From: Octopus sinensis
Lineage: Eukaryota
Assembly: GCF_006345805.1 (NCBI RefSeq)
Contig: NC_042998.1
Location: forward strand, 127,348,001 to 127,412,000
Length of the DNA stretch: 64,000 bases
Direction: 5' to 3'
This document shows, piece by piece, positions 11,487 to 23,529 of the stretch. The translations under genes and the position numbers were made by a program. How positions within the stretch are numbered: position 1 is the stretch's first letter; each line of letters opens with the position of its first letter. Under the pieces are notes generated by a model. The model made no database searches. It was not told the origin of the DNA and saw only the letters and a program-made list of their open reading frames with translations.

Positions 11487-12246
11487 GCCGATTAGAACTA
11501 TATATATCAATAGTTTTAATCTGCATGCATGTTCGTATCAGCGCATATGGTGATAGAAGGAGGATAAAATTAAATACAGTATAATTTTGTCCATAGTAAG
11601 GCACACGAATATCATTTCTAGGAGATGCCGTTTCTGCTCCGAGGAATCCCTAAATATTCTGTGGACTAATGAGAAGATCATTAACAGAATTTCTGAAAGA
11701 CTCTCTACACGCAATTAAATGTACTTTCGCATAATGCAGTGGGTATGATTTTGAGAATTGTTAACATAATTTATTTTAAGGTATGGACGAATTAAGTTTA
11801 GTTTTGACCTCCCCATTCTTATAAACACTATTTAACTCACTTAGTGAGTGCACCAAACCACACGTGTGCGTATACTTACATTTTCGTGGATGCTTGTATG
11901 AGCGAGTGTACACGCGTCGTGCAGCTTGCGCGTGTGCGTTTATATATCCATATTTGTTAACAGTTATTTTTAATGCTTTTCTCGTTGTATTGCGTGTTCG
12001 TTTCTTTCTTGCATCTGTGATTTTTATTTTTGATTTTGTATGTAAATGAAGTTACATTGCGCAACTGTTATTTTAACGAGTTGTGTCTATTCATCACCCG
12101 GTGAGACATATCTGCACCGCCGGGAGCTCCTGAGCCAGTTGTTGAGTGTCCCACCCATGAGGGATCGATGCTAGATGTAACGAAACAATTGTCCTGATAA
12201 ATAGTATATTCTCGTATATTCCATCTTCCGGCTTTCATTTACCATG

Positions 12247-12285
<39 letters not shown>

Positions 12286-12419
12286 GGAGACAAAGAATGA
12301 GAAAGTGTTCACAATAAGGCAGGTTGGCTAGGCAGTTCAGTGTCCTAACTGTTCAAAGAGCAACTACAATAAATATGACATATGAATCATTCACATTCGA
12401 TGTTGGATTACAGGTCAGA

Positions 12420-12640
12420 CTTTGACTTGTATAAGGCTACGAGAAACTCTTCATCTACAGCTTACGGTGAATCACCTAATGGAAACTGCTTTTACAAACA
12501 TGGACAATTCTATAGTTGAGGAAAACTTCTTCCTTAACTTTGATACCAACAACGGGATCCACTCAAATGAACCTCACCGTATTTGTTCGACTTGCAACAA
12601 TACAAGTAAAACGCTCTTGAACCATATTTTCTAATGTAAA
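12420..12640 (+). pseudogene. Possible LINE C-terminal CCHC relic
   Basis: RICSTCNNTSKTLLNHIF*C resembles the CxxC..H..C knuckle. Confidence 0.3.
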
Positions 12641-14408
12641 GCTAGCTATATTGATTCTCAAGAAATAATGATACAACAGTGACTGAAATGCATCCGACAA
12701 ATAATCTGTTTGTTCGTTAAAATTAATATTTTCATACAAACATGAAACGCTTAGAAATTACAAATATTAATGCTGATAGCGTTCGTGGAAGCATTTAAAT
12801 CGTATATGAAATGAAATAGTTCCCGATAAAAATGGAAAATAACAAAACTACACACGTCGCTTGTTTCCATTATATTCATAAAGTCTTCCGTCTTGTGAAA
12901 GCGCAACTAATACATGGATATAACATTGTTTTTTTCTTCTGATATACAGTTGTCTAGAATTAGAAGCAGCTTTCTCATATATGAAAAGAAGTATAGAACA
13001 TTCATGCATAGAATGGATCGAAAACAAGAGAAAATTCGAAACAAAACTAGAAAAAATTCAATGTACCGGGAACTCTCATATATTTAACAGTACTACCATA
13101 TAAAAGAAAGCATATTTCTATTATTCTTACATTTTATCTTAATACAATACTGGAATCAAATCAAAATAACATTTTTCTCATCTGGTTGAAAGACAAAATT
13201 CATTCCTTAATATATTCCCAGCTTAAAGCCATATTGAGACTACTAGATTTATATTTGATTTTATTTGTTGCTGCTCCTGATAGGATGGAATAATTGTTGA
13301 ATGAACCGACATTTTGAAATACGCTTGTCATTAGACTTTTTCACTCTCTTCGATAGGCACTTTGTTTCTGTCCTCATTTACATGTCTTACGAAATGTTGG
13401 ATCCCATTCGGACAATAAAGTGAACACCTTTTATTGCAATGTTAGTTATCAAATATTCATTAGTTATTTGGCATTCATCTATAATACCATTTCTGCATCT
13501 TGCTTATAGTTGAATTTTAAGTCCCGAAGCTTAAAATTCGTAAGCATTTAAATGTGTCTGTGATGTATTTTTGAATATATATTGCTACATACGAATGAAT
13601 AAATAATTTGCAAATACAGTTCTTCTGTAAAAGAACATGTATGTAGATGCGTCTAAGTGTGTGGTTATCAACAAATTTTATTTCCTCTTATAATTTATCA
13701 ACACATATGTGTAAGTTGCAGGTAATTCTGTTACAATATGTAATGAAAAGTAATATTCTGACAAACACGGGGTCACGAATATTTTTCCCAAAATAATCCA
13801 GAAAATATAATTTTATGTCATGTATGGTCTATTATTTTTAGTTGTATCTCTTAGTTTCAAAATGTTTATAGTATTTCTATTAACAACCATACATATACAA
13901 GAAGAAATAATCAGAACGAATGTTAAGATTCAAGCCATTCATTAGTATTAACATTTACACCAACTTTTAAACACTTCCTCAGAATTTGTAAAAGAGTGAG
14001 GAGGAATATCTCTTTTCCATAGTGAACCTCTGAATATTCGCCATTGATTTTAAAATACGTTGTAATATCCATATCTGATACGACGTGTCTTTTCAGATAT
14101 GGATGTGAAATCTGTTATCAGCGCTACAGGACTGGAGCAGCCAAAGGTTTTGAGAGAATGAGAAAGTGGATATGGACCATCTGGGAAGAATGAAGTAGCA
14201 TTGCGGGGTGGGTTAAATAGGTATTTTGATGATATATTTGTGCTTTTCTACAAATGTGTTTCTATTTAGTTGCTGCAAAATATGAATGGGTATATTAAAT
14301 GAATTTATAATCTGTATATATACAATTTTAGGGAATATTACTCCAAACTTACTGGGAAAAATTCAATTTAGTAATACTAAATCAAATTTCACAATATATA
14401 ATATATGT

Positions 14409-14509
14409 ATATGAATTAGAGAAGAACCACCTTTTATCAATTCAACAATCAAATCCTTGAAGGAGTTCATTGTTGAATTGGTAAAACGTGGTTCTTCTCT
14501 AATTTATAT
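14409..14509. repeat. Inverted repeat / hairpin with ~40-bp arms
   Basis: aattagagaagaaccac...tcaattcaacaat pairs with attgttgaattgg...gtggttcttctctaatt. Confidence 0.85.
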
Positions 14510-14680
14510 ATATAATTTATATATATATATAATTTATATATATATAAATACTTGTATAAGGGCTCACCTTCCCTCCTCTCTTCATCTGACTCACCCCTCT
14601 CTTTTCCTCCTCTGACACCTACTTCCTCTCTTCAATCCTACCAACTTTCTCTCTTCCTTGATACTTTTGGTACAGGTGTT

Positions 14681-14769
14681 AATTCAGTATGGCCATTTCT
14701 AACGATTCCTTTAACTAATTAGTGAGAACATCACATCTTTACAAAGAAACTGTTTTCATCAGATGAATT
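14681..14769 (-). ncRNA. Type I hammerhead, degenerate at stem-closing pairs
   Basis: AAUUCAU-CUGAUGA-[~12-bp stem II]-GAAAU-GGCC-AUA|CUGAAUU; first pairs of stem I and stem II mismatched. Confidence 0.55.
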
Positions 14770-15939
14770 CATGATCTTCAAATGTATAGTTAACAAGATC
14801 ATGGAGTAAAAATATTTACATTGGCAGAATGAAATTATCAGAATAGTGTATATTTGGTAAGAACAATGAATTTAGGGATTGTTAGAGTGTATAGTAGGGG
14901 GAGGAAATAATTAACTCAAGTGACCCATTTATCTATACTTCTAACAATAAAGGAGGTATCGGCTCCGTCGTCTAGATTTTTATCTCAAGTAAGTTGTTTA
15001 TGTGTACTGGTCTGTGGTGAAAAAGCAATTAATACCAAACCACCTTACTAAATTATCAAAAGTGATAGGACTATATGTCGGCATAATCTTGGCAAAATGG
15101 GCAAGTCATAGGGCAGTAATAATGGAGTGAGTGATGGGGAGGGGATGATAGTGAAAAGAAGTAAGATAGAGGAAGCTGAATTTACTTAAATTCATTACCG
15201 TATTAAAGAACTTGAAAAAACTGGAATAAAATTCTAAAACCAAATAAAATAGGGGTGGTAATCAAATATCAATAGAAAAAAAGTGGGGCTAGTACAATTT
15301 AGCATAGTTTGTTGCCACTTTAATGTGGCAGTCCCAGGAAAGTGAAGAATGCTACTGCTATTTAGCCCCAGGAAACAACGTTTCCAGATGGTTATGTGAC
15401 ATAAGCATTCTTAGTCGTTAAGTTTTCGAACACACGAGACAAGCAGCCCCACCCAGCAAAGCCAGACTAGTTTGAGAGTCATTGCTCTTCATGAATCTTC
15501 ATCATTTCTAATTTTATAGTTGTAAATGTTGTAGCATTAAGATAAATGTAGAAATTAGATGTGTAGGTAACGAATAAATTATATTTTAAACTAGCAAACG
15601 CACTCGTCCTTTGGACGGTTTAAGTTGCTTTCGTGGTATTTTTCCCACCAAATAATTGAACTACCGAGAAAGTTTATGTGTAGCACGGCAACCTAGGAAC
15701 GGAAAATCAAATTGAAGGCTGGTTATTGTGGAGGTCGTTGCACTTTTAATGATCATAGAACATATACGTTTTCAAACCATGTAAAGAACAGCTACTGAAG
15801 TGTTTTGGGAGTAGATTACAGATAATGACTACAAAATATAGTTGTTTTACGTGAAAGCGAAATTCCTTGTCAGAAACATCCGCATAAAGGGTGTAAGGAA
15901 ATTGAAGGAAAATGTTGAAATTTCCTCTCTGCGTGTTTA

Positions 15940-16220
15940 TTTTTTCAACAGCAAAGGGAGCTATTTTTTCGGAGAGGAAAGCTAATGAAGACACATACAA
16001 TAGAAATACAAAATGACTAACGGTTAGTAAGGAGAGACACACAAATAAGAAAGAAGAAAGCAAAGGACCACTGATGCGGTCACAGGAGTGTGACGAAAGA
16101 ACTCTGGCCGAAATAAGATTAAGATTAATGTAATAAATAAATAACACTGAAGCAACGTAACACCAAATATATAGTTCGTGTTTTTTATTGGCTAAACTGG
16201 CAAAATGACCATTCCGAAAT

Positions 16221-16264
<44 letters not shown>

Positions 16265-16486
16265 TATATATTGCTTCAGTGTTATTTATTTATTACATTA
16301 ATCTTAATCTTATTTCGGCCAGAGTTCTTTCGTCACACTCCTGTGACCGCATCAGTGGTCCTTTGCTTTCTTCTTTCTTATTTGTGTGTCTCTCCTTACT
16401 AACCGTTAGTCATTTTGTATTTCTATTGTATGTGTCTTCATTAGCTTTCCTCTCCGAAAAAATAGCTCCCTTTGCTGTTGAAAAAA
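15940..16486. repeat. Near-perfect inverted duplication, arms 15940-16155 and 16271-16486
   Basis: The same peptide appears on opposite strands in the ORF track; arms compared by eye; 115-bp spacer. Confidence 0.95.
16065..16109 (+). ncRNA. Minimal type I hammerhead-like motif with A9C change (mirror copy 16317-16361 on minus strand)
   Basis: GGACCA-CUGAUGC-G-GUCACA-ggag-UGUGAC-GAAAG-aa-CUC|UGGCC. Confidence 0.55.
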
Positions 16487-16507
16487 AAAAAATATATATA
16501 TATATAT

Positions 16508-16868
16508 AACTTATAAACAAGGGCAAAAGAAAAATATTTCCAATGCCAAATTTGCCGAAACTAGTCTCGAATGGGGTGGAGAATTTCTATTGTGGATATA
16601 TTTGGGGTACTTAATTGTGCTAATGAGTTAGTGTTTGCTTCTTCCATGGGTATAAGTATTTCATTTATTCCTTTGCCGCATTTATCACTGACGAAGCGAA
16701 GGTTCTTATGAACTAACTCTGAAATCGTGTCCGATATGGTAATAACGGAATTTTTTAGAAATTTCTGTCGGCTTTCTTCGAGACACGTACTTATAGTGAT
16801 GAATTATATGGTTAGTTTCGGCATATTTGGCATTGGATTTTTTTTTCGTTTGCCCTTGTTTATAAGTT
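16508..16868 (+). mobile_element. 360-bp PLE-derived mini-element bounded by 56-bp inverted repeats
   Basis: Arms 16508-16563 and 16813-16868; encloses a hammerhead and an LN..NEL relic like the PLE endonuclease end. Confidence 0.65.
16682..16742 (+). ncRNA. Type I hammerhead ribozyme, intact core
   Basis: UUAUCA-CUGACGA-stem II (AG/CU, GGUUC/GAACU)-GAAA-UCG-uguc-CGA-UA|UGGUAA; predicted cut after 16736. Confidence 0.8.
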
Positions 16869-17019
16869 GTTTATAAATTTAACCTTTAAAGGTATTTTTT
16901 TAATACGCTGGCCATTGATAACATTTTTTTCGAAAAATTTTTTCCTATATTATATATATATACATATATATGTAGGTATGTAGATATATGTATATATGCA
17001 TATATATATATATATTATT

Positions 17020-17340
17020 TATATTATTATATGATCGAAAGCCACGCATCCATTTCCAAGTAAATTTTAGCTAAATCATTCCGATGTGCACTCTACAACC
17101 TATCTCTATACTATCTTCCTCTCTCTTGTTTTTTCTTTCTGTTTTTCTCTCCTACCCTTTCTCTAAACTCTCTCTCCTTCACTCTCTCGTTGCTCACACG
17201 TGATCAGCGGCTATTTATCTTTCTTTGTTCCACTTCCTTCCTAAAGACAAGATATGCTTTTGCCTGTGTCTTCTCACATCTCATTTCTCCAGCGTTCACC
17301 ATTTCAACTCCTTATGGCCTAACAGCTCTTGCCGTTTGTA
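17020..17340 (+). mobile_element. Family H repeat, 3'-truncated (no ribozyme seen)
   Basis: tattatatgatcgaaagccacgcatccatttccaagtaa head; ctctctcgttgctcacacgtga shared with 58720. Confidence 0.65.
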
Positions 17341-19936
17341 AGAAAGTAAAAGAATAAAAGAATATATATATATATATGCACGTTCATATTTTTAGGTTCA
17401 TTCAACGGAAAATTATAAGTGCCACAATATAGTCGAAGTCCAACGACCGAAACAAAATAAAATAAAATCATATATAAATCAACGTTTATCTGCATGGGCT
17501 TATATGCATATGTGTGGATATACATTTATGGCTATGAGTATGACTGTATTTCCATGCTTGTGTGTTCACGTACAATTGCGTGGTGTGAATGCTAAGTGTG
17601 TATACATATTGTAGTTTCTTTCAAGATCATATAAACTTCTTCATGTGTGGATATGTGTACGTTTATATTTAGAAACATGACAGCTAGTACCTGAGTTTCA
17701 ACTATTGTATTTTTGGTCCCATATATATATGTACTTATGTGAGATTGTGAAAATATGAGAGTTGGCAGTGTAAATTCAAATATCTCTATGTATGTATGTA
17801 TGTATGTATGTATGTATGTTTGTTTGAAGGTATGAATGTGTATGTCGTTAGTAATAAATTGTCTATAAATCTTCAGACTTCAGTTGATTAATCGTAACCT
17901 TACCTCTTATTTTAACCTTAATCTACCTTTTCTGTCTCATTTTCTATCCCACCCTCTCTGAGTTCTTTTCCTTTATCCGACTACTTTCTTCCCAAGCATT
18001 TCTTGAAACTAACACTTTGTTATTTCCAGTAAGGTTTTCGTTAGAAATTCTTTACTCTCCTAGACAGAGGACCAATACAAAATAATTTTATTTGTGGAGA
18101 CCAGAAACAACATTCTTGAATTTTCTTTTTAGAACTCACACACAGAGTCAAACAAATATGTGTATAAAAACGTGAGATACACAGCCATTTACTTCCTCAG
18201 AAATATGATTTCGTGATAATGATTTGATATTCAAATATTTTTAAACAGTTTTAATCATTTCAAGCATACTATACATCCACATATAGTATGCGTGAAAGAA
18301 GTGTAGAGTACTTCGTAAGAATGTATTTCACCATAAGTTACTTTTTCTTCCGTCTGAACTTGGTGGTAAATATTAATCGAGAATGCCCTTGCTCAGTTGT
18401 TACTAACATTTCTATATTCATTTACCTTAGTGTATCTGAGAGGGAGGTTTTAAAAAAGTTGCAATTTTCTTTGAAAATTATAAAAATGGTAAAATTAGTA
18501 ATGGTGTACTGCTGGATTATCAGTACTCAAAAGACAGTCTTATTAGTTGGCAAGAAAAGTTTAGAGAAGCGGCTTGGTTTCAACATGAAGTGTAGAGAAT
18601 TTAGCAGATTGCAAAGTATTAATCCAGGAAGAAATAAATATGAGAAAAGAGTAGCTTCTCACAGATTATTCTTCTAGCTATGTCGAACAGAAATGAATCC
18701 TTTGAAAACAAGATAAGAGATTTTACGAAAATCCAAGTTCTTCAATTGAAAATCACGATGTTATGCTGAATACCTAAATACTACAGAAAGAATAGCTTAA
18801 AAACAGACTGCAATGATTTGTTAACAGCTTAATTTTTGGAGTAAAAATTCTACGACTGAAAGTATGACACAGCTGATGTCTTGAAGCTAAGTATTAGTAC
18901 AGATATATAATTTGTATTTAAAGGAATTAGAAATGACAAAGCAGTTCGAAAAGAAATATTTCCTAGTTGACATCTGGATGAGTAGACATCAATGCTTCGA
19001 ATACAGCATTCAAACGCATCTGCGGAATAATTTCATTTTACTTACATCTTAAGTTAATCTCTCATTCATCCTTGTGTAGTAGCCTGTCCATAATAATTAT
19101 TATCATTTAGAACCATCTTGTAAAGGCGTGGTCACTGGCAAACGGATAATTCACAAATGGAAAACTACAAAGGATTTGAAATTAATGAAATTGGATTTAA
19201 TATCACTAATGCGATCGTAATTATTGGAATATACGTATATGGTATTAGAAGTTAATCATTCTATCATATGGAAACGTCGATTTCATATTTGTGCAAAAAT
19301 GTGTTAATTTAAAACTAGATATTAATATAAAATTGAATCCCCCCCCCCACACACAGATGCAGAGACACAGACACACACACACACAGTCACGTATATACAG
19401 ACAAGTACACTCACACTCACTATGTGTGTATTAAGTTCTGCTAATCACAATACTTGAAGTTCCACAAATGTAAATAACAGGCTAGAATTTTCAGACACAT
19501 ACTTCTCACTGTTGAGACCACCTTATCTTGTAGATAAGAGTGATTGGCATTCAGCAGAGAATGCGACTCATTCTAATCGGTTGGTTTATAACAGCTTGTA
19601 CTGGCGTATCACGGAGGCTTTTAGCTACATGTCAATGAGAGGCAAATCTAAAGGGATCGGCATGATTATACTTATGCAACGTAAGCGTTTAAAAGATCAG
19701 GTATGGATTTGTTTCTGTAAAACATGAAACGATGCAATTCTGTGTCAAATTGCTAATACAAATAACTTAAATTCACGACTTCAGTTGCATGTTCTTCTAT
19801 TCTTCAGTTATACGCTTATCTACTTATCTGTATACACACATATATTTATGGACACATGCACACACACACATATACTTTTCTATATAAATGCGTGTAGATG
19901 TCTGTATTTATGCAATATAATATATATATATACACT

Positions 19937-20001
<65 letters not shown>

Positions 20002-20052
20002 GTATGTATATATATGTATATATATATGGGTGTGTGTGTATATGTATATATG

Positions 20053-20160
<108 letters not shown>

Positions 20161-20164
20161 ATAT

Positions 20165-20760
20165 ATATACACGTATATCAACGTTGCCAGAGACGTTTTA
20201 AATAGATTTCTTAACTGATCAGCTAGAGTCAGATGACCTTTAAACCAAAGAAGTGCAGATCCCTTTCACTGAAGGGTGGATTCCTCGTTCATTTGGTTTT
20301 CAGCATCAGCGGAGAGCAAAACCAACTGTTTGCGAGCAAAGTGTCAAAAGCTTGGGAGGAGGGCATTGCTGAGGACCATGAGTGGAAGCTATTGGGCTAT
20401 GAAGACCTGGTAGCTGAGGTTCGGAGGAAGGGTTACATCTGTGAGCTGGTTGCGTTCGAGGTTGGCTGTAGGTGTTTCCCAGCAGCTTCTCTCACAAGGT
20501 GGCTGGTGTATCTGCTGTGAGGAAGTCAATCAAGGAATGTGGGGAGAAAGTAGTTGAGGGTAGTGCTTGGATTACAAAGAGGTTTGTGAATGTGTATAAG
20601 GTCACAGAAATGACATGAGTCCAGTTGCAACGCAATACGTCCAACTGTTGTGGGCACACCGTGTAGAGAAATACTGAGTTTAATGGGCCGAAATTTTGTC
20701 GAAGCATGGCACTTAGCTGATGATTGCAGCCAGACGAAGAATGGAGCACCAGACGTTTCT
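20165..20760 (+). mobile_element. HERO-type (RLE) non-LTR retrotransposon fragment with internal deletion
   Basis: [20 protein letters not shown] (RT C-terminus) joined to YEDLVAEVRRKGYICELVAFEVGCRCF (RLE end); clade call from motif recall. Confidence 0.7.
20668..20731 (+). ncRNA. Non-circularly permuted hammerhead candidate in the HERO 3' region
   Basis: GAAAU-A|CUGAGU ... GGGCC-GAAA-UUUU ... ACUUAG-CUGAUGA-UUGCAGCC; stems I and III pair, stem II is bulged. Confidence 0.65.
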
Positions 20761-20826
20761 TCTACTATTCATATATATATATATATATATATATACGCGA
20801 GAAAAAAGCAACAAGAATGGATAGGT

Positions 20827-20917
20827 TTTTAGTACAATCGTTTCATACAAGGACAGGCTTTATTAAAAGTTGCAAAAATTGCAGCATATAAACGTGTCCC
20901 GTACTCATCAGCTAAAA
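20827..20917 (-). ncRNA. Type I hammerhead, intact (inverted copy)
   Basis: Reverse complement of the 23025-23115 motif, with differences only in loop II. Confidence 0.85.
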
Positions 20918-21115
20918 TACATGTGAGTTCTCTAGACATCCTAGTGGTTGAGGCTATACTCATGAAGTAATGTAGATAATTAAGTAACATAAACAGATTT
21001 CCAAAGTTCATTAAAGTTCTTTAAATATGATGACAATTATAATCATGATAATCAAAATAATAGGAACCTAAGACATCTACCCAAGAATAATCCAAAACCT
21101 GAAGTTGTTCCTCCT

Positions 21116-21541
21116 GTGTGTAAGTGTAGAATAAAATCAAAATGCCCGGCACCTGGTCTATGCGGGGAAAATAATGTAATCTATAAATGTACCATATCCA
21201 CGGAGAATAACAAATATTTTTACATTGGATGTACAATTAATTTTCTAGCCAGAGTTAGAAATCACATCACGTCTTTTAAATTACGTCATAAAGCTGGTAC
21301 CACCACACTTTCAAACAAAATCTGGGAACTCAAAAATAATAATAATAATTACAACCTTAATTGGGAAATAGTTAGGAGAGCAATTCCGTATAAAAATAGC
21401 AGGGTTGGTTGCCAACTATGCTCCATGGAGACGTATGAAATTCTAAAGCATAGAAAACATAGAAACTTATTGAATAACCATATCGAACTAGGTCAAGTTT
21501 GTGTCCACGCTAAATTGAAGACTTTAAAATATTTTAAATGA
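21116..21541 (+). CDS. PLE GIY-YIG endonuclease, C-terminal CxLC..E..LLN..EL..CxH type (frame open from about 21023)
   Basis: CKCRIKSKCP..LC; VIYKC..YFYIGCT; CQLCSMETYEIL..LLNNHIELGQVCVH. Confidence 0.88.
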   Translation: MCKCRIKSKCPAPGLCGENNVIYKCTISTENNKYFYIGCTINFLARVRNHITSFKLRHKAGTTTLSNKIWELKNNNNNYNLNWEIVRRAIPYKNSRVGCQLCSMETYEILKHRKHRNLLNNHIELGQVCVHAKLKTLKYFK

Positions 21542-22589
21542 TTAGAATATTCGTAACTAGATAGATAGATAGATATAACTTGATTTTTACTAGTATAGCA
21601 CTGCTTTAAGTAGATAACTAAGAGTTCTCACACTACAGTTATCTTTTTCCTTATATCTGCATCAGTTTTTTTGAGAACAGGGAAATGAATAGTACTTATA
21701 CGCTGCTTAATTGAGGCTTTATTTAATTTCAAACTCATAATTTTAAATTTTTAAATCTTAATTTTAAATCTTAATTTTAATTTTTAATTTTAATTCTTAA
21801 CTTAATCTAATTTAAGTAGCATAACTTTAATAAAATAAAATGAGTTACTAAAGTCCCATAATTCTATTTCAAAATTAAATAAATAAGGCTACTCCCTCGG
21901 TGATAATATGATTATCTTCATTATGATAGACAATTCCCTAACACCTTGTAAATGATCTTTTAAGATTTGACCTGTAGTCCGTCAATGTATGAATAATAAC
22001 GGCAACTCCTTAAGACAGTAAAATGAATAAAATAAATAAATAAATTTTAATGACTTTTTGATAAGATTATACTTAGATTTTCCTAATGTATTTTCTTTTG
22101 ATTTTAGCCTTTGACCACTAAACCCCTAAACCCCTGACCGTGTTATCTCTTTAGATTCTCTTTAAATTCATAGCTGCTTTCGACAGCAATAAATTAGCTG
22201 TTTTACTGGTCAAAGAATAATATTCTCCTCTAGTTCCTAGATGCCTGTAAATTAAAACCAGACTTGCCGTCTACTAATTCTTCTGTATAACTAGAACCCT
22301 CTTTTTTTCTTTTTCTTTTTTCCCTTCTTTCCCTATTTCTTTCTCTTTTCTCTTTTTTTTTCTTCTTCTTCTTATTCTCTTTTTCTTTTTTTCTTTTTCC
22401 TTTTCTCTTCTCTTCTAGCCCCCCCCTTTGCTCCCTCCCCCTTTATTTTCTCTCTTTCCTTCTCTTTCCTTCCCTTTTCTGTTCTTTGACTCTCCAGAAA
22501 GCCCTTCAGCCTTTAAAAGTTAAATAGCTACAGTCTCTTGAAAATAGCAGTAATGTGATTAATGTGGCAAATACCTAATCATATAGCAA

Positions 22590-22878
22590 GAATTGATACC
22601 CACCTCATTGTGTTCAACCATTGATAAATTTATCGCCTGTGAATATGAAATTCCTCTTCATTTCTCTGGAAATTTACATCTACACCATTGGAAATTGTGC
22701 ATCTATACAAAGGATTAATTCACCCTCTCTGTAATGCTAATAAGCAGGAATTGAAACCCACCTCGTTGTGATTAGTAATGGATAAATTTGTCGTCTGTGA
22801 GTATGTAATCCCTCCTCATATCTCTGGAAATTCATATGTACACTATGGATTAAGTCACCTTCTCTGTGATGCTATTAA
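22590..22878. repeat. Diverged tandem duplication of ~150 bp in the PLE 3' region
   Basis: aattgatacccacctcattgtg.../aattgaaacccacctcgttgtg..., with ctctggaaatt and ggattaa(t/g)tcacc in both copies. Confidence 0.75.
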
Positions 22879-23024
22879 AACTTTTTTAAAATTCTGTGAT
22901 AAGACTGTACATCATCTTTAAAGAACTTTAATGAACTTTGGAAATCTGTTTATGTTACTTAATTATCTACATTACTTCATGAGTATAGCCTCAACCACTA
23001 GGATGTCTAGAGAACTCACATGTA

Positions 23025-23115
23025 TTTTAGCTGATGAGTACGGGACACGTTTATATGCTGGAATTTTTGCAACTTTTAATAAAGCCTGTCCTTGTATGAA
23101 ACGATTGTACTAAAA
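23025..23115 (+). ncRNA. Type I hammerhead ribozyme, intact
   Basis: UUUUAG-CUGAUGA-GUACGGGACA...UGUCCUUGUAU-GAAAC-gauu-GUA|CUAAAA; predicted cut after 23109. Confidence 0.88.
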
Positions 23116-23257
23116 ACCTATCCATTCTTGTTGCTTTTTTCTAGCTTATAATCACCCCACATTACTGTATTGTTAAAACCGTATAGTTTGTTTTGGTGCA
23201 TCTAAGTTAGGTACCATATTCAAGTAAATTCATTTAAATTAACTTGAATCTTTATTG

Positions 23258-23341
<84 letters not shown>

Positions 23342-23366
23342 CTGTGTGTGTAAGTATATATATATA

Positions 23367-23398
<32 letters not shown>

Positions 23399-23485
23399 GT
23401 AGGTCCCGGGTTGAGTCGGGGTTAACCACAGTAAATAAGGTACTCAATACATAGCAGAGTAAATTAATTTAATTTATTCTATAAA

Positions 23486-23529
<44 letters not shown>

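Larger units (their letters stand above)
20800..23142 (+). mobile_element. 5'-truncated PLE with inverted terminal duplication (arms 20800-21032 and 22910-23142)
   Basis: ~233-bp near-identical inverted arms flank a GIY-YIG ORF and an AT-rich 3' region. Confidence 0.85.

Noticed and set aside
12040-12200. GAAACAATTGTC with a possible GTTACAT/ATGTAAC stem II
   Set aside because: The upstream core reads TAAATGA (3 mismatches to CUGANGA) and stem I is poor.
22118-22136. Telomere-like taaacccc repeat
   Set aside because: Only two units and not TTAGGG.
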